Positions 55,672 through 64,000 of a stretch of DNA of 64,000 nt are shown piece after piece (within the stretch, counting starts at the first letter, position 1; each line of letters starts with the position of its first letter). The DNA lies in the NCBI RefSeq assembly GCF_009914755.1, contig NC_060930.1; one strand, written 5' to 3'. The stretch is from the human T2T-CHM13v2.0 reference genome, Homo sapiens. Below the pieces are notes generated by a model. That model saw only the letters and a list, made by a program, of their open reading frames with translations. It had not been told where the DNA came from and ran no database searches. The translations under genes were made by a program, and so were the position numbers.

Positions 55672-56262
55672 GAGCAATCTCATTTCTGGGTATATATCCA
55701 AAAGAAAATAAATTGTTTACCAAAAAGACACTTGCACTTTTGTATGTTCATTGCAGCAATATTCACAATAGCAGACATGGAATCAACCCAGATACCTATC
55801 CATGGTGGACTGGATAAATAAATAAATAAATAAATAATAAAACCTGTTACATATGCTGTATGGAATATTATGCAGCCATAAACAAGAATAAAATGATGTT
55901 CTTTGCAGGAAAATGGATGGAGCTAGAGGCCATTGTCCTTAGTGAATTAACACAGGAACAGAAAAATCAAATACCACATGTTCTCACTTATAAGTGGGAG
56001 CTAAACATTGGGTATTCATGGGCATGGGCATAAAGATGGCAACAATAAACACTGGAAATTACCAGAGAGGGTAGGAAGGGAAGGGGGCATGGGCTTGAAA
56101 AACTAACTATTGGGTACCATGTTCACTATCTGGGTGACAAGATCATTCATACCAAAAACCTCAGCATCACACAATATACCCATGTAACAAACCTGTACAT
56201 CCACCTCCTGAACCAAAATTAAAGTCAAAATTACGAAAAAAAAATGTAAAAAGTAAAATAAA
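55672..56262 (+). mobile_element. 5'-truncated L1 3' end (L1PB/L1MA-like)
   Basis: ORF2 tail and 3'UTR (CCAAAAACCTCAGCATCACACAATATACCCATGTAACAAACC); degenerate TSD GAATGAAGAATAT / GACTGAAGAATGT. Confidence 0.8.
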
Positions 56263-56339
56263 GACTGAAGAATGTTAATTAGAAAATATTTTTCTTCCTA
56301 TCAACCTTTCCTCGCCCCAGATTATATAGATTCTAGAGT

Positions 56340-56542
56340 CATACTATCCAATATCATAGCCATTAGCCACTAGTAGTTATTAGAATTTAAATTAATTAAA
56401 ACATATAAAACACACAATTCAGTTCTTCAGCCTCACTAGTGACATTTCAAGTGCTCAATAGCCACCTGTGGCTAGTGGCTACCATGTTGGATTGCACAAA
56501 TATAGAACATTTCCATCATCACAATCCTACTGGACAACACCT
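56340..56542. mobile_element. MER3-like hAT MITE
   Basis: CATTTCAAGTGCTCAATAGCCACCTGTGGCTAGTGGCTACC. Confidence 0.7.
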
Positions 56543-56755
56543 CTCTAGCAACTGAAATGAAGTTGAGGAAGAGGGAAGAGGATTAGAAATTAAATGATGG
56601 GTGAGGCATTAGTTTGTGTCCCTGAGAAAATGTTGAGTCATTTCACCCACACATCAACATAGGAGTAGATGTTTGAACTGAGATCTGAGGGTCCCATATT
56701 TGACACAGGTAGTGTCTAAGAAAACAGCAAAATTCCAGAATTCTCCATGCCCCAG

Positions 56756-61832
<5,077 letters not shown>

Positions 61833-61984
61833 CCCCAGCTCAGCACAGAAGCAGGATTAGTGATGGAAGAGGTTATCTTGGCAGATGACCTTGGGATGAT
61901 CCCATGGAGTTCCCATGTATATTTGTATGGCCCAGGGCACAGTCAAACATTATTTCTTCTAGGTTCAAAAGGAGAACAGATATA

Positions 61985-64000
61985 CATGCATACAACATTT
62001 TATTGCATTTATTTTTATTGTTCTTTGCAGCTATTATGTTTTTCACAAATTGAAGGTTTGTAGCATCTTTGCCTCCAAGAAGTCTATCAGCACTCTTTTT
62101 CTAACAGCATGCACTTACTTTGCATCTCTGTGTCATACTTTGGTAATTCCTGCAATATTTCAAACTTTTTCATTATTATTATATCTCTTATGGTGATCCA
62201 TGATCAGTAATCTTTTATGTTATTATGTAATTGTTTGAGAGGTCCACAAACCATGCCCATATAAGACAGTGAACTTTATTTTAAAAATGTGTGTGTTCTG
62301 CCTGCTGCACCAATTGACTGTTCCCCCTTCTTTGTCCCTCTCTTCTGGTCACCTTATTCCCTGAGACACAAAAATATTGATATTAAACCAGTTACTAACC
62401 CCACAATTGTCCCTAAATATTCATGTGAAAGGAATAATTACACGTCTCACTTCAAATCAAAAACTTGAAATAAATGATTAGGTTTAGTGAGGAAAGCATG
62501 TCAAAAGAAGAAATAGGCTGAAAACTAGGCTTCTTGCTCCAATTTTTTAGTCAAGTTGTGAATGCAAAGGAAAAATTTTTGAAGAAAATTTAAAGTTCTC
62601 CACTGAGCACACAAATGATAAGAAAGCAAAACAGACATTGCTGATATAAAAAAAGAAGTTTTAGTGGACTCCATAGAAGATACAAACAGCCAAACATTTC
62701 CTTAAGCCACAAACCTTAATTTGGAGAAAGGTCCTAACTTTCTTTAATTCTATGAATGTTGAATGAGGAAGCTGCAGAAGAAAAGCTGAAGCTAGCAGAA
62801 TTGGCTCATGAGGTTTAAGGAAAGAATCCCTCTTTATAACATAAAAGTGCAAGGTGAAGCACCAAGTGCTGATGTGGAAGCTGCAGCAAGTTATCCAGAA
62901 GATCTAGCCAACATCACTAATGAAGGTGGTAACACTAAACATATTGTCAATGTAGACAACACAGCCTTCTATTGGAAGAAGATGTCATCTAGGACTTTAA
63001 GAGCTAGAGAGAATTCAATGCCTGGCTTCAAAACTTCAAAGGACAGGCTGACTGTTTTCTTAGGGGCTAACTGAGCTGGTGAGTTTAAATTAGAGCTTAT
63101 GCTCGTTTATCATTCTGAACATCCCAAGGTTTTTAAGAATTATGCTAAATCTACTCTGCCTGTGCTCTACAAATGGAAACACAAAACTTGGATGGTAGCA
63201 CATCTGTTTACAGCATGGCTGACTGAATATTTTAAGGCCACTGTTGAGACCTACTGCTTGGGAAGAAAATATCCCTTTCAAAAAATTACCATTTAATAAT
63301 AATGCACCTGGTCAACTAAGAACTCTGATGGAGATACACAAGGAGATTAATGATGTTTTCATGCCTGCTGACACAATATTCATTCTGCAGCCCATACATC
63401 AGGCATAATTTTAATTTTCAAGTCTCATTATTTAAGACAAGCTTGTCCAATCCATGGCCTGTGGGCCACATGCAGCACAGGACAGCTTTGAATGCAGCCC
63501 AACACAAATCTGTAAACTTTCTTAAAACATTATGAGATTTTTGTTTATTTTTTTTAGCTCATCAGCTATCATTAGTATTAGTATTTTATGTGTGACCTAA
63601 GAAAATTCTTCTTCTTCCAATGTTTCCCAGGGAAGTCAAAAGATTGGACAACATTGATTTAAGAAATACATTTTGTAAGGCTCTAGCTACCATAGATAGT
63701 GATTCCCCTGATGGATCTGGGCAAAGTAAACTGAAAGCCTTCTGGAAAGGATTTACCATTCTAGATGTCATTAAAAACATTTGTGATTTACAAAAGGTTG
63801 TCAAGATACCAACATTAACAGGAGTTTAGAAGAAATTAATTTCAACCCTCAAGGATGACTTTGAGGGGTTTAGGACTTCAGTGGAGGAAATCACTGCAGA
63901 TGTGATGGAAATAGCAAGAGAACTAAAACTGGAAATGGAGCCTGAAGATGTGACTGAATTGCTATAATCTTGTGATCAAACTTGAACAAATGAAGAGTTA
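61985..64000 (+). mobile_element. Tigger1 (pogo/Tc1-mariner) DNA transposon with decayed transposase; runs off the window
   Basis: TA followed by TIR-like CATGCATAC. Transposase fragments [51 protein letters not shown]. Confidence 0.92.
63438..63656. mobile_element. MER30 hAT MITE nested in Tigger1
   Basis: TIR-like CAAGCTTGTCCAATC...GATTGGACAACATTG; perfect 8-bp TSD ATTTAAGA at 63430-37 and 63657-64. Confidence 0.88.

Noticed and set aside
62420-63830. Domesticated TIGD1-like gene
   Set aside because: The transposase is broken by stops, frameshifts and the MER30 insertion.

Overview
This is repeat-dense primate genomic DNA, most likely hominoid given the L1PA2/3-type element. I see no intact cellular protein-coding exon. 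The main unique-origin feature is a full-length processed SOCS5 pseudogene (+, ~15232-19599). It has a GC-rich 5'UTR, a disrupted CDS, a complete 3'UTR, AATAAA, an A-tail remnant and a 14-bp TSD, and it is interrupted by an AluS. About 240 bp downstream, in the same orientation, is a full-length ~6.03 kb L1PA2/3-type LINE-1 (19850-25875, 14-bp TSD). That L1 is retrotransposition-dead but keeps its 5'UTR promoter region, an open antisense ORF0, a start-less ORF1 and an open endonuclease domain. The rest comprises a 5'-truncated L1PA5/6, an old full-length L1PA13-16, L1M/L2/MIR relics, about 10 Alus or Alu monomers, MaLR LTRs, and hAT and Tigger DNA transposons. There is also a multiply deleted HERV-K(HML-3)/MER9 provirus (-, ~56756-61832). 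I find no evidence of a new biological system. The best hypothesis is a sense/antisense arrangement between the SOCS5 retrocopy and the L1 antisense promoter. Family and subfamily calls come from recalled consensus sequences, not from database searches.
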